A stretch of DNA of 63,523 bases, the filler included, from Folioceros fuciformis (taxonomy: Eukaryota), in NCBI GenBank assembly GCA_049999805.1. It is 17 parts of 17 records of this genome, joined end to end, with 100 filler letters (N's around TTAATTAATTAA, not from the genome) between each part and the next. Parts side by side here need not be neighbours in the genome. Positions count along the whole stretch, not along the records: positions 9,590 to 15,767 come from JBNGIO010003285.1; positions 15,868 to 19,240 come from JBNGIO010003287.1; positions 19,341 to 25,977 come from JBNGIO010003288.1; 14 more parts are not named here. One strand, 5' to 3'. The notes beneath the pieces are model-generated. The model saw nothing but the letters and a program-made list of their open reading frames with translations. It had not been told where the DNA came from and ran no database searches. This document shows positions 12,501-25,207 of this stretch, in pieces. Every line of letters starts with the position of its first letter. Position 1 is the stretch's first letter. The position numbers were made by a program, and so were the translations under genes.

Positions 12501-14090
12501 TGCTGCCTGTGCACCCCTCTATCCTTGCCCGTCCTTCTTCCTCCGTTCACAGAGCAACATGCTTGCTTAAAGGCGGGGCCAAGGCTGTGGACAAGAGGAC
12601 CTCACAGGGCAACGGCGCTGGGGATGGAACGGAGTTGTGGAGACACATTTCAACCTCACTGCTAATTAGTGAGAAAACTACAAAACCTAGCCGAGGGGGG
12701 GGGCGGGGCGGAATCCCGACAGGTGGCTGGCCTGAGACGGCTGGGGTTGGATTCGGGAGCCGGGCAGTGGCTTGCGGCCTGGTTACAGGACCCTAAGCAA
12801 GAAAGACAGCGGGATTCGGGCTGTGGTCTCGAGCAGATCCGGCTGACTGCAGATGCAAGGGGAGGTGCCCGGGCCCTGGCTGACGGTTAGCTGTCTGGAT
12901 TCGGGCTGCAAGCACTAGATGAGTAGATATGCCGGGTCATGGGGTCCTTGGCCAGCAAGATGGGGAGTAGACGACTGGAGGAAGGTGGAGTCTTTGAGGG
13001 GTTGCAGATGACCTGAAGGAAAGGAGAGGATCGGAGAGGGGAAGAGGGTGTCGAGAGGCACTCGTGAGTTTTGGTAGTTTGGAGAGGTTGATTAATTTTG
13101 ATAAGAGCAACTAGGGCCGCAAGTTAGAGTTAGTTAGGTTAGAGTCAGGTTAGGTCGGAGTTAGGTTTAGGGTTTTGACGAGTGGAGGGTTCTGTCTGAG
13201 GCGTGCTGACCTGGTTAGGCAGTAACAGGGGTTCTTGGCCAAGGAGGTATAAGAGGCCAGGCCTATCATTAGGGGGGGAGGCTTTTTTTGGTGAAGAGCG
13301 CCCTTGACATGTGTGCAGGCTGCTGGGTTAGAGGTTTAACCTAGTGTGCAGATGTGCCTTGGCCTTGATTCCCTATGCCATTAGGGGAACGTGGGGGCTC
13401 CCAAAATCGCTGAGATCTAGGTGGCCATATCCGCAGGGGCCGACCTTTCTTGCATGCTAGTTGGGTGGTTGGGGTACCTTGACGTCCTTAAGGGGTTTCC
13501 AAGGCGAGGGATTGCAGGGCTGTGAGCCGAGGAGGCTATCTAGCCTGGGTCTGCACATCCCTATCTCAAGGACTGCAGGTGAGGGGCTGTTGTGTTCCAA
13601 AATCCAGGAGTGAGACGTGATGGTGAAGGGTTGAAGAGTTGAAGTGTTGGAGCAGAGATTTGAAGTGCTGGAGAAGTGCTGGAGTTTGGAGCTGTTGTGC
13701 CGGGGTGAGGAGCTTAGGTGCTGAAGTTCTCAATCAACTGCTGAGGTGGCTGGCATTTAGGGCTGAGAGTCAAGGTCGAGGCTAGGGCTAGGGCCTCCTC
13801 TCAGCTGCTGAGGCGGCTGATACCCGGAGCTGGAAGTGGGAGCTGAAGATGATGTTGAGTCCTCATTCAACTGGGGTTGTGGTTGGTGTTGAAGACAGGG
13901 TTCTGACCTTTTTGCTGTAGTGTGGTTAGGTCTAGGAGCCGGCTGATAGATAGGATTAGATTTGGGCAGTGTGGGGGAGATTGTAGGAAACCTTGACACT
14001 AGTTCACTCCCTTGGGAGCGAATCCTAGTACTACGACAATAATAAGGGGGACGTGTGGCCCTTTGTGGTTCTTGGGTGTAAGTTCTAGTC
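9590..14090 (-). mobile_element. Very long GC-rich LTR-like unit (family A), most complete copy
   Basis: The right end (GACACTAGTTCACTCCCTTGGGAGCGAATC...GGTTCTTGGGTGTAAG) matches 38610-38700, 43381-43470 (inverted) and 63421-63510 (inverted). The left end resembles 40770-40900. The core ~9950-12330 is a GGCTGG/CCAGCC/GGATCC/CTAG oligomer mosaic. Confidence 0.65.
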
Positions 14091-14722
14091 TTTAGAATTC
14101 ATCAAAGATGCATTTTACTATGAATCAGACGTTTACATAGCATGCGGCTGACGGTTACAACCGTTGGAGTTTACGTTCACGTGACTATTAATATCTAGGA
14201 CTATTTATGAATATATATATATAAATAAGTAATTAGGTTGTTTTCCTATTTAGCTATCCAGGCGGCTACCCTAGACTACTCTGCGATACTTCTTTACTTC
14301 CACTTAGTCAAAGCGGTAGCCGTTCAGTGTTGAACTTCTCGAACTTGGCCCGGCCGCCAGCTATTGCTGACAGCTTGACCATCTCTCACGATGTTGCAAT
14401 TCAGTGCGCTGATCCTTTACATTCACAACTGCAGCGGCTTTCTTAGCTACATTCAAGCGTACCACCGAGCATACCTGACAATTCTTCTCGCGTTTTACCA
14501 CGCAATCATGGTGACGGAGTGGCGTCGTCACAACTCCCACTCAAGCTCTCCACCCACGATAAGGGAAGAGAGAGCTCGCCACCAGCTTTGATTGTGGCAT
14601 CGCCACCTAGCGAAAGTTCAAGGGTTGAGTGCAACAACTGTCGACTCGTTGCGCACTCTTCCTACAACCTCACGCTGTTTGGCCATGTGGCTGACATTAC
14701 ACCAGTCACATGTATCGAATGA

Positions 14723-15075
14723 TGTGGAGGCAAAACCCCGGGCACTGATTGCCAATGGGTTCCACCTTTAGTGGCCACACTTATCCCACTATCGTTGAGA
14801 CAATGGGTTTCGTTGCCACGAAGGAGCGATGGGGTTCCTTGCTGCTGTAGATGGAGGGTCGGACTCAATCGACTCGATGATGGATTCGAGGGCTCTCCTC
14901 CAGCTCCGATCAGGTGTAGGATAGGCCTCGCTGTCCAGCAGTCAGCTGCACCTCTCTTGGTGCCCACAAACTCACTCCGGTCACTACAACGACCCTAACC
15001 TCTCAGATCTGCGACTTCCCTTACTCACTTCACTCGCTCTCTCACTCCAGCACCAACACCAGTAACTAACATCGA
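14723..15075 (+). mobile_element. LTR-like repeat (family B), 5' end
   Basis: Starts TGTGGAGGCAAAACC and is highly similar to 35923-36277, which interrupts a copia pol. Confidence 0.7.
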
Positions 15076-15339
15076 CACCACTACCTTCTTCACTTCCCTA
15101 TTGACTCCTCCTACCCGGCAAGAGTCACTAGACTAACCCCAAAGGAGAGAAAGAAAGGAACACACTCCCCCCACACCCCCTCGGATATCTCCTCCCCACA
15201 ACCTTACCAGACGCCATGAAACATGGCCGGCCTACATCACTTGTCCAAACGGGGAACAAGAGTGGACAGGTCGAGAGAAAGACACATCCTTTACAATCAA
15301 GAGCTAGGGGCAAGCCCCTTCACCCTGGTCATTACACCT

Positions 15340-15690
15340 TGTGATCCTTGAAGGATGGAAAGGGAGCCACATGATGAAGGAGAAGAGGAGAGGAGAGGAG
15401 AGGAGAGGAAGAGAGGAGGAGAGGAGAAAGAGAGGTCTCACAGTGTCTCTCACAGCTCTCTCTCATCTCTCACATCTCTCTTGCAAAGGGAGCTCAAGAG
15501 GATATTTATACCCTCTAGAAAAGCTCCCAAGGAAGCTTCACAAGAAGCTCATAGGAAGCTATGCAGAAAGCTTCCTAAAAATTAGCTTAAGCTAATCTAA
15601 ACTAATGATACTTAATTAGACACTAATCTTAGACTAATTACATTAAACTAATCACATTAGTTTAAGCACATTGGGCTTTAATAACCCTAT
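15340..15690 (-). mobile_element. Second copy of the 3853-4181 LTR
   Basis: Reverse-complement match, e.g. AGCTTAAGCTAATCTAAACTAATGATACTTAA...CACATTGGGCTTTAATAACCCTA. Confidence 0.75.
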
Positions 15691-15884
15691 GGCCCGGTAA
15701 CAGACCTAAACTTTCCCAGATCTGGAACCAGACCTGTACCCACTTTAATAACCAAACCAACTATTTCNNNNNNNNNNNNNNNNNNNNNNNNNNNNNNNNN
15801 NNNNNNNNNNNTTAATTAATTAANNNNNNNNNNNNNNNNNNNNNNNNNNNNNNNNNNNNNNNNNNNNCGGCCGGAGCGGCTGGG

Positions 15885-15995
15885 GGCTTGGTGCCCCCGC
15901 GGTGGGGCGGCCGGGGATCTAGCGCCCCCGCTGGCTGGGCCCCCGCGGTGGGGCAGCCGGGGATCTAGCGCCCCCGCTGGCTGGGCCCCCGCGGC
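15885..15995. repeat. GC-rich tandem repeat, ~46-bp unit x2+
   Basis: GGGGATCTAGCGCCCCCGCTGGCTGGGCCCCC repeated. Confidence 0.75.
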
Positions 15996-16172
15996 CTGGC
16001 GCGGCCTGCACCCTGAGGACTTTAATAACCCTACAGTGTATACCTTGTTTGGCCTTGGTGTGGTTAAGCTAGTGTGCTCCCTAACTTTGGAATGGTTGGA
16101 AACAAGTTCTATATGCACATTGCGTTCGCTGATAAACTAAAAACGTTTGCAGGGTGGTGAGCAATGCCTTCC

Positions 16173-16440
16173 TTATAGTCTTTTAAGTAGGTTTGAGGCT
16201 TCTCCCATCACTTTTTTCATGCTAAACTCCTCTTGAGTTAACCTCACAAAATCCCTTTTGGCTGTGAAAGCTGTTACCCATGTCTTACAACTTGAATTTG
16301 CAAGCAACAACTGTAAATGATAGTGTAGCCTACCACTTACAACTTTCTTACACTTTATGCACCAACCATTTTGGGCAATCACCATGAAACCAGTATCACA
16401 CTCTCAATACACATGTGAGCTTGCATCATAATCCTCGGCA
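16173..16440 (-). pseudogene. Possible RPA1 (RPA70) C-terminal OB-fold/zinc-ribbon-like fragment
   Basis: GWCIKCKKV...HYHLQLLLANSSCKTWVTAF resembles the RPA1 DBD-C pattern W.C.KC...RY.L...I.D.T...WVTAF. Short and degenerate. Confidence 0.35.
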
Positions 16441-16859
16441 ACCACGCACAATGGTATATAACTAAGTTGCATGGGTTCTTCTTCTTCTAACTAAGCAACC
16501 AGCACTTAGAGATCAATCCTCATTATGCATTAGGAAGCTTGCTTTCAATGTGCATTGCTATGTTGTCCTCTCAAAACAGAGGCAAAGTAACTTGATACAT
16601 GAACTTGTTCAAAATTGCTTGCCAACAATGATATATGCTCAACCTTGGCACCAAATGTTGATGCCTATCATATTTACGAGACATACATTTATGATTAATG
16701 GCAAGGAATGGAGGGATCATGCCCTATACAGTGCTAGCTTGTGTAAGTTGTTACCGAAACCCGGACAAGTGAAGCTACTATCATGGTTTTCATGACCTTC
16801 TAACCCAAACCTTGACAAAATATGGCAAACAATTGGTTCAATGGTGCAACCAAAGAATT

Positions 16860-16931
16860 CACCCTAAACCTTAAACCTTAAACCTTAAACCTTAAACCTT
16901 AAACCTTAAACCCTATACCCTATACCCTAAA
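16860..16931. repeat. Interstitial telomere-like array (AAACCCT/AAACCTT/ATACCCT 7-mers)
   Basis: CCCTAAA CCTTAAA CCTTAAA ... CCCTATA CCCTATA CCCTAAA, about 10 units. Confidence 0.85.
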
Positions 16932-17711
16932 TTGGTTGAATGGTGCAACTAAAGATGTCATCATCATGAATGCAATACAATAAGCTGATGTGAAGAATGT
17001 TAAGTTGCCCCTTAAGATTTCATGTCTAAAGTTAATAGTGCCTAACACTATGGGTAGTATTATTATGGTAAATAAATAAAATAAAAAGAAATATCTAGTA
17101 ATGTACTCATATCTAAGAGACATGCACCACATAAATAAAGATCATGCATTTTTTATATATTTGCATGCTCTTAGAAGATTAAGCAGAATAACTATTTGTA
17201 TAAGTTTCAATGCTGACTCAAGTCATTTGAAGTTGTACATGTACTACTGTCTCAACCAGTTGACTTGTATCACATAAATCTGCAAATGGAAATCTAAAAA
17301 TATGAAAAAGAGACGCCAAACGTTCTTGCAAAGTCTCTTTTCGAAGAGTCTTCATGTTTGCGCACATTTTGGTTTAGGACACGGTGGAACACGGAGGGCC
17401 TGAGATGAGATGCACACAGTACTGCCCAACTTATAATCTTAGAAGCAAGCAAGTACATCACACCACACCTACCGCACCCGGGCCTGAGCAGATGCAATGA
17501 ATGTGGCAATGTAAGTCCAGGTGCAGTCCTCGTGTTTGCAGCTTGCAAAGAGCATGATTTGTGGGATAACAAAGAGATAAAAAATGGCTCTCCGGATCAG
17601 TGTGAATGCACCACACAATGTGTGCCAACAGGGATCCCAAGCCCAGAAATCAGTTTGTAATCCCGTTGCATCACAGCAAAAATAATTCCAGCCTCGACAG
17701 GGAGAAAGGGA

Positions 17712-18650
17712 TGTTAGAAACCCATAGGGTTTTGTAACAACACATCTAGACTAGAATGTTGTAAGTATATCCCAGGACATATAGGATAATACCATGGTCG
17801 AGATATTGTTTATCCACAACGAGGTATTGTCATGCTTGAAGGCTATATATGTATGTATAGGTTATCAATCTAAATGTAATGAACTAGAGATTGATCTTGG
17901 GACTCATTGTTTTCAACATGATATCAGAGCCCAAGTACTCAAGTTTAGGAGATGCGTAGAGTACTCGGCACTACCTTGTATAGAACTATCTTTCCTTGCT
18001 TCTCTTGCTTAGTGTGGCTTCGCAGACTAGGTGTTTGTAACAACTTGTGCAAGTTCGTGAAGCTTAGTGATAGTTATTGGTGCGAGGAAATCATCTTATT
18101 TATTCGCTTATTACGCGAGCATGGATACTATGCGTCTTGTAGAGAAGTTTGATGGCAAGAACTTCACATCATGGAAGATGAAGTTTAAGGCTCTTCTGAC
18201 TGACAAAGGATTGTGGAAGTATGTTCAAGATGGACTTCCAGCAAATCATACACCAAAGGATATGGACAACAATGGTAGGGCTTTGGCCAATATAATCTTA
18301 TACCTAGTAGATAGCATATTCCCTAAACTGAGTAAGTGTTAGACTTCACGTGAAGCATGGGAAACATTGTGTGACACCTATGAACAAAAGAGCTTGGCAA
18401 ATAATATACTGCTCGAATGTAGACTCTCCTCATTCAAGATGGCTGAAGGTGATAGTATTCAAGACCACATCAACAAGCTAGAAAGCTTCGTAAACGAAAT
18501 GAGAGGCAAACATTGAACCCTCATAAGGCAAGATGATCACGACGTTGTTGTATAGCCTGCCACAATCATACAAACACTTTCTGGTATCCTACAGGTCATC
18601 TATAGCTATGAACTCAAACCATTATCAACCAACATTCAATGAGGTGGTGT
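17712..18650 (+). mobile_element. 5' fragment of a copia element: 5' LTR (17712-17918), PBS (17919-17931), degenerate gag
   Basis: TGTTAG...TCAACA, then TGATATCAGAGCC (tRNA-iMet PBS with one change), then EKFDGKNFTSWKMKFKALLTDKGLW and FKMAEGDSIQDHINK. Confidence 0.85.
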
Positions 18651-19666
18651 CCTGCGTGCATCACCGGCTGTTGGGCACACAAGGTACGTGCATCTCACGC
18701 TCCAGACGGGCCCGGCCTTCAGCTACAACAAGAAAACAAGGCAAAAAGGAAATTTTGTCCATGCCACACAGACAAGCCAGCAGCTCTCATGTGTGCTGTG
18801 GCGCACTTCGGTGCAAATACAAATCAAAAGGGCTGCCCTCCACGGGCTGCCTAGAGTTGGTAAATCCGTGACCTGCCGCAACACCCACACACATTGCAAT
18901 CGTTTTGAGCCACATGCACACCAAAGCCTTGCATTCCCAACAGAAATTCAGCAACATTCCCTTTTCATGGACTTCGACAACTGGTTGTTGCAGCTGCCAT
19001 TGCCAGTCTTGAGGTCTTGGCCGCCATCATGAGCTAGCACCTCCCTCTCGGTGTGATGAGGCCACCACCTCGCGTGATCCTTTGGCCGTTGCAGCAGCGG
19101 GCTGCATGATGTAGCCCACGAGCCACCTGCCAGGTTTGCAGCCCTGGTTCTAGAAATGACCTAAATGGCCTAATAACCTATCCGGATAATGTCAGCTAAA
19201 TAGCTTCATATGGGGTAAGCTAATTAATAGCTATTTCCTANNNNNNNNNNNNNNNNNNNNNNNNNNNNNNNNNNNNNNNNNNNNTTAATTAATTAANNNN
19301 NNNNNNNNNNNNNNNNNNNNNNNNNNNNNNNNNNNNNNNNCTAAGCCATGACACCAAAAGAGAATCTGACAATAATAATAAAATAGTATAGTCTTCTTAA
19401 AAATACATAAAGAGATCTTAATGAACCATAGTTAACCACCTAACCCAGGTAGGTTTACTAACCACAGGTTAAGTTATATACCAACACTCCCTCTTAAACT
19501 ACCAGGGTTGAGTACCATCCATATCTCCAAACCGCGCGCGCCAAATTAAGAAGAAGCCACGAGAAGAAAACCCTCAGGCTTCAGCAACGAATCTCAGCGC
19601 GTGTGACTAACACCGTGCCACCCACCAGAAACAAGAGAAGACGGTCTGAATTCCAAGACGGAACAC

Positions 19667-20233
19667 ATGGAGCCTACCGCGTGTGATGTATTAAGCTGGC
19701 TCTCAACTGGTCTTGCGGCAACAGCACTTCTGATTTCCACCTTAGTAGCTTGGAAGATGGCGCGCACACACCCGAACAGCGGACTGACAGCCCAGACAGG
19801 ATAGACGCCACCACAAGCACATGCTGAAGAAAGCTGCATCACCACTGAAGCAGACAACAGCTCCAAGGAGAAGAAGACTCGATCGCACTCTCCAAGCAAT
19901 TCGGCTGAATCTGCAAGACGGGAAGCAATTCAAGCAGAAATGGCAATGCTCCGAAAGGCTGACTTGGAGCTATTACGCCATCTGCGCAGGACGGCTTTAA
20001 AGTGTGAAGAAACTCAGGCAGCCATGGAGACAGCACGAACAAAAGTTTTGGAGCTCAGAGACATGCTGTCTACAACACCTGAGAACTGTGGTTTTGACCT
20101 CCCTCTTACACTGGACGAGCTGACGGCTATAATCGAAAAACTAGAGCAACTGGGATACAGTATGACGGACACACCCACGATTAAATTCTGCAGCTACGTT
20201 TCATCCACTGAGTGTGACCAGGATAGCTTGTGA
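19667..20233 (+). pseudogene. Antisense accessory ORF (188 codons, one TAG): N-terminal hydrophobic helix + Ser-rich linker + coiled-coil
   Basis: ATG at 19667 is in frame with listed ORF 19940-20233. It reads MEPTACDVLSWLSTGLAATALLISTLVAWKMAR..., has a single TAG at 19802-19804, then ...ARREAIQAEMAMLRKADLELL... Confidence 0.55.
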
Positions 20234-20340
20234 CACCTGCAGGTGAAGGAGAAAAGCCTGGAAACCTTCCAAAGTACCTACAACTCTAGAAGAAACCAGG
20301 ATCCTTAGCTGCAGACTGCAGGTAGCTCACAGAAGTATAC

Positions 20341-23300
20341 TCATGTCTTAAATAAGGGTAGTGAAAACTCTCTTAGCCCCATTGCTGCGAGATGCTGGTA
20401 GTGTTTTGACTGTGGCAGAGCTTTGGTCATAATATCAGCTGTATTAAAATCTGTGCTGATGTACTGAACAATAGCTATGCCTCGTTCTACCACGTCTCTT
20501 ATATAATGATAATAAAGCTCGATATGTTTGGTACGAGCGTGGAACCGTGGATTGGAAACTAACGCAATTGCAGACATGTTATCGCAGTGAAGTAAAGTTG
20601 GGCCTGGCTGATGTAAGTGAATTGCTGCTACGAACTGTCTTTCCCACTCTAACTCCTTGCAAGTATTAGTGAGCGACTTATATTCAGCTTCTGTAGACGA
20701 AAGAGCCAAAGAAGTTTGCTTTTTGCATGACCAGTTCACAACACCAGAAGCCAGGAGAAAAACATAAGTGGACAGACTGCGTCGAGAGTCCGAATCAGCA
20801 GCCCAATCAGCATCAGAAAATGCTGTAAGTGTAAACTCCCTCTGTCCGCTTGATGTGTAATGCAAACCATAGGTCAAAGTTCCTTTCAAGTATCTGTAGA
20901 TTCGCTTTACAGCAGACTAGTGAGCCTTGCCAGGATTTTTGAGAAATTGGGATACTATGCTCACTGAATAACTGATGTCTGGTCTTGTCCAGTTAGCCAG
21001 AAAAATGAGACAGCCCACGGCTTCTGCGTAGGGAACTATCTCTATGAGAAGCACATCAGAAGAAGTTTGAGAAGAATGATCAACAGTAAGTTTTACCCCA
21101 GCTGCAGAAGGCGTGGAAATAGGTTTAGAACCGTCCAAGTGAAAACGTTTAAGTATTTCTTTAATATATTTTGTTTGATGAAGAATTATAGACTTGGACT
21201 GTCTATCACGCAGGATCTGCACTCCCAAACAATACTGCAAGGGGCCTTGATCCGTCATCTCGAACTCTGAACGAAGAAGGTTCTTAACCTTATCCAAGTG
21301 GGCCATCTGGTCACTAAGTAGGATGGCATCGTCAACATAGAGTGCCAAGATAACAAAGGAAGACCCAACTGGAAGATAGAACACGTTTGAATCTGCAGGT
21401 GACTAAGCAAAACCATGTTGTTTAAGAAATGCAGTAATCCGTTTATACCATGCACGTGGGCTCTGCTTAAGCCCATAAATTGTCTTTAAAAGCTTGCAAA
21501 CCTTATTAGGATGTCGTCCATCAACAAAACCCTCAGGTTGGTCAATATATAGGACCTCTTCAAGCTCTCCATGCAGGAAGGTGGTACATACATCCATTTG
21601 ATGGAGTTCAAGATCAAATTCAGCTGCCATGGCAAGAAGAATACGTACCGATGGAGGTTTGACTACAGGGGAAAACGTATCCCCATAGTCAATACCAAGT
21701 ATTTGCGAAAAACCTCTCGCCACCAGTCTGGATTTGTAATGAGCTATAGTCCCATCTGCCTTCAGCTTGGTTTTAAAAACCCATTTGCATGATATAGGTT
21801 TACGTCCAGAAGGAAGATCAACCAATTCCCAGGTATGATTTTTAACCAGCGAATTGTATTCATCATCTATAGAAATTCTCCAATGAAGGCCATCAGGGCC
21901 ATTCAAAGCTTCTAAGTAACTTTGTGGATCTGGCCTGACCTCAGGAACATGCAAGTCCACAACATGAGCTGAAGATCCTCGAAAATCAGCAGCTTGATAA
22001 GGGGCTTCAACCCAGTCAGTACGAGCTCTTCTCTCACGAATGGGATACCGCGGTGGTGGATCAACTGCTGGTTCAACCTCTGCTGGAGTCACAATAGAAG
22101 CTGCTCCCTCTAAACCGGGAGAATTAGAAGGTACATGCTCAGTATCACTGGTCACTGATTCTGCATTGCTTGCAATAGAGGGACCATCAGAAAACACGTC
22201 ATCTGCAGGGTCGGCAGTAGCCACATCTGAAATATCAGCTCCAGGTAATGATGCATCTCCTATATTGTGGTTAACAGCAGAACCATGAGAGTCAGCTTGA
22301 TCTGTAGCAATAGGGTCCCCATCTGAAACAAGATAAAGTGCTGGAACTGACAGGTGTATTGAATCAGAATCAAGAGGCAAATCCTCAGACCTGTTAGCGG
22401 AATTTGGATTGTCAAACTGCTCAACTACAGATGCTGATCGAGGAGACAACAATTCCTTAAAGGTAGCACTCCGAGAAAGAACAATCTTCTTTGAAGTAGG
22501 ATCTAGTAGTTTGTAGGCCTTTGATTCCTCTGAGTAACCCACAAAGACAAGTGGCTGAGACCTATCATCTAATTTGTCTCATTTGGGTTCAGGAATATAA
22601 GCATAGGCCAGTGAGCCAAATACTCTAAGATGTAAAAGACTAGGCTTACGACCCCACATAGCCTCATACGGAGTACGGCCTACCACAGCTGAAGTGAGAA
22701 CTCTGTTTAGAGTGTACGTGGCATTGACAATTGCTTCAGCCCAATAAGCTTCCGGAAGTGCTGACCAGGATAACATACTGCGAACCATGCCCATCAAGGT
22801 TTGATTTTTCCTTTCTGCCACTCCATTCTGTTGCTAAGTGTAGGGAATTGACAGCTGCCTGGTAATCCCATATTGCTGAAGCAATTCATCGAAATTTCTG
22901 CCAGTGAATTCACCACCATTGTCAGTCCGAAAACATTTAACCAGTTGTCCAGTCTGTCGTTGAATCATTGGAATCCAGGTTACCAGAACATCATACACTT
23001 CACTTTTCAACGCCAAGGGAAAAGTCCAAGTGTAACGAGAATAATCATCTATCAAAGTGAGGTAATACTCTGCCCCTCCAAGTGATTTGATGGGTAACTT
23101 GCCAGCAATGTCCGCATGAATCAAATCAAGAATTCCTCTTGCACGTGTTGCAGATTTATTGAAGAAGGGGAGTTCCTTCTGCTTAGATAACACACAAGAG
23201 TTGCAGACAGGCAAATGCTTGAAGCAAGAGGGAAGACTCTCTCTAAAACAATTAGAGTGTGATATCAAATCCAACTTGGAACGATTGATATGCCCAAGAC

Positions 23301-24927
23301 GGGCATGCCAAAGGTGAGCTTGAGCACTAGCAAATGACAGAAAAGCCCTAGCATTCCTACTAGTAACTGCATCTAACTGATATAGATCATCAACTAAAGT
23401 GGCTTTTGCTATATAATTATCCGGATTAGACAAGAGATAAATATAGCAGGACTTGGCTTCAAAACGAAATCCATATCTGTTACTGTGAACAATTGCACGT
23501 ACTGACAACAAATTCTTGCTCATATCAGGAACATAAAGAACGTTGTCTAGCACAAGAGAGGATCCATCCATCAGAGGTAGCTGCACCAGACCTGATCCTT
23601 TAACATGCAAGCCTCTGGAATCTCCTACAAACACAGATTGAGGAGTGGACTGTGGATGAAGAACTGAGAATTGGTCACGGTTGTTGCAGACATGAGTTGT
23701 TGCTCCAGAATCAACAAACCAATGGGACAATCCTTCAGTAGACGAAGTGAGACAAACTGTCAAGGCAGTACTGCTACTCCGAGGTAAGGATGACGAGAAG
23801 CCTGAACTTTTAGAGTCCTTTGAGGCAACATTAGCGTCAGGCTTAATTTCTCGTTTTGGTACTCCAGCCTTTTTCTTCTTACAGTCTCTTTCCCAGTGAC
23901 CTGATATACCACACCAGTTGCAACTACCCTGGCGCTTAACAGAAGAGGAGGAAGTTGAGTCCACAGAATTTACAGGTTGAAACATCTGTTGCTGTTGTTT
24001 TCCTTTGAATTTACTCTTCCATGGTCCTTTAGTTTTAGCATAAAGAACCTTCTCACCCTTAAGGCGAGAAGAGCCTGATCTGTGATGGCTCTGTTCTTCT
24101 TGCAGAAGAGCGCCGACAACCTCATTTAGACTCAAGGTTGTGGGTCGATTAGCAGCCACAGCCTTGTAAGCATCTCTCATAATTGAGTTCTGACTAGATA
24201 CGAAGTTTTGATAAGATAAGTTTTGACAAGCTAGATAGCAATTGAGCAGTCGCGCCCAACTCAGTCATCGTGCTATCCAATGCCGCTAGCTGAGCCCGTA
24301 GGTAACGCAGACGAGTGACGTGTGCTCCAACTGAATCTCCTTCCTTCAATCTTAAACCAAAAACTCGCTTCTAGCAGCAACTAACGTCAAAATGTTCTGA
24401 ACTTGATAGGTATCCTTGAGTTGACTCCAAACAGCAGCAGCAGACCCAAGAAACTCAACCTCCGTAACCATTGTTTCGTCCAGTCCTGATAAGAGAATAG
24501 CAAATGCAACCTTGTTCCCTTTGTTCCATTTCGCTATCTCATCTAATAATCCCATAGGTGTTGTTTTGGAAGGATCAGGAAAAGAGCCATCAACATATTC
24601 CCAAACATCTCGAGCATCAAGGTAAGCTTTCATCCTTGCTTTCCATCCTTCAAAACGTCCAGGTTTACCATCGAACCGGTCTTTCTCTTTAAAGTCACCT
24701 CCATAAGTTGATGTAACAGCGGCTGTAGATAGACCAGATGACAAAGAAGAACTAGCCATGACAACTACCTGATGTGGCTGATTAGCTGTTGAAGGTGTGA
24801 CAGACACTTGTGCAGAAGGATTAGGAGTGTTGAATCCAAGCTCTTCTACAGGATCTGTTGACAAAACTAAACGCGAGAGGGACTCTGACAAAGTGTCAAA
24901 ATCCAAAGGATCAGGATCCTCGTCCAT
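20341..24927 (-). pseudogene. copia gag-pol polyprotein with stops and a frameshift
   Basis: Gag, zinc knuckle CNWCGISGHWERDC, protease WFVDSGAT, LWHARLGH, integrase IDDYSRY/RTDNGGEF/AERKN, RT YKSRLVARGF/LYVDD, RNase H FSDADWAAD...RTKHIE. Confidence 0.95.
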
Positions 24928-25207
24928 TCAACAAGCTCAACAACACACACAGAACGGATCAACTGGGTAAGTCCTGTGACGAAACACTGCTCCATGATTG
25001 AGCCAGAGCAGTCACACTTGAACCAGCAGAGGAAAAACTAATAGATCATTAGCAAAACTCTGAATTGAAACAACAAACTTAAATTAGGTGCCAAAACAAA
25101 AAGTGCCCTAACTTACAACTTCCGTCGTTTCATATGAACAACTAAACTCTGGAGCGCGCCGACAGAAACATGCACCGCTTCAGATCTGTGCCTCTGCGCC
25201 AGAAGAA

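Noticed and set aside
9868-12890. Many overlapping 60-195 aa ORFs in the GC-rich mosaics (also 26078-27468, 41100-43400)
   Set aside because: A by-product of GC-rich low-complexity sequence; they occur in all frames and are not conserved between copies.
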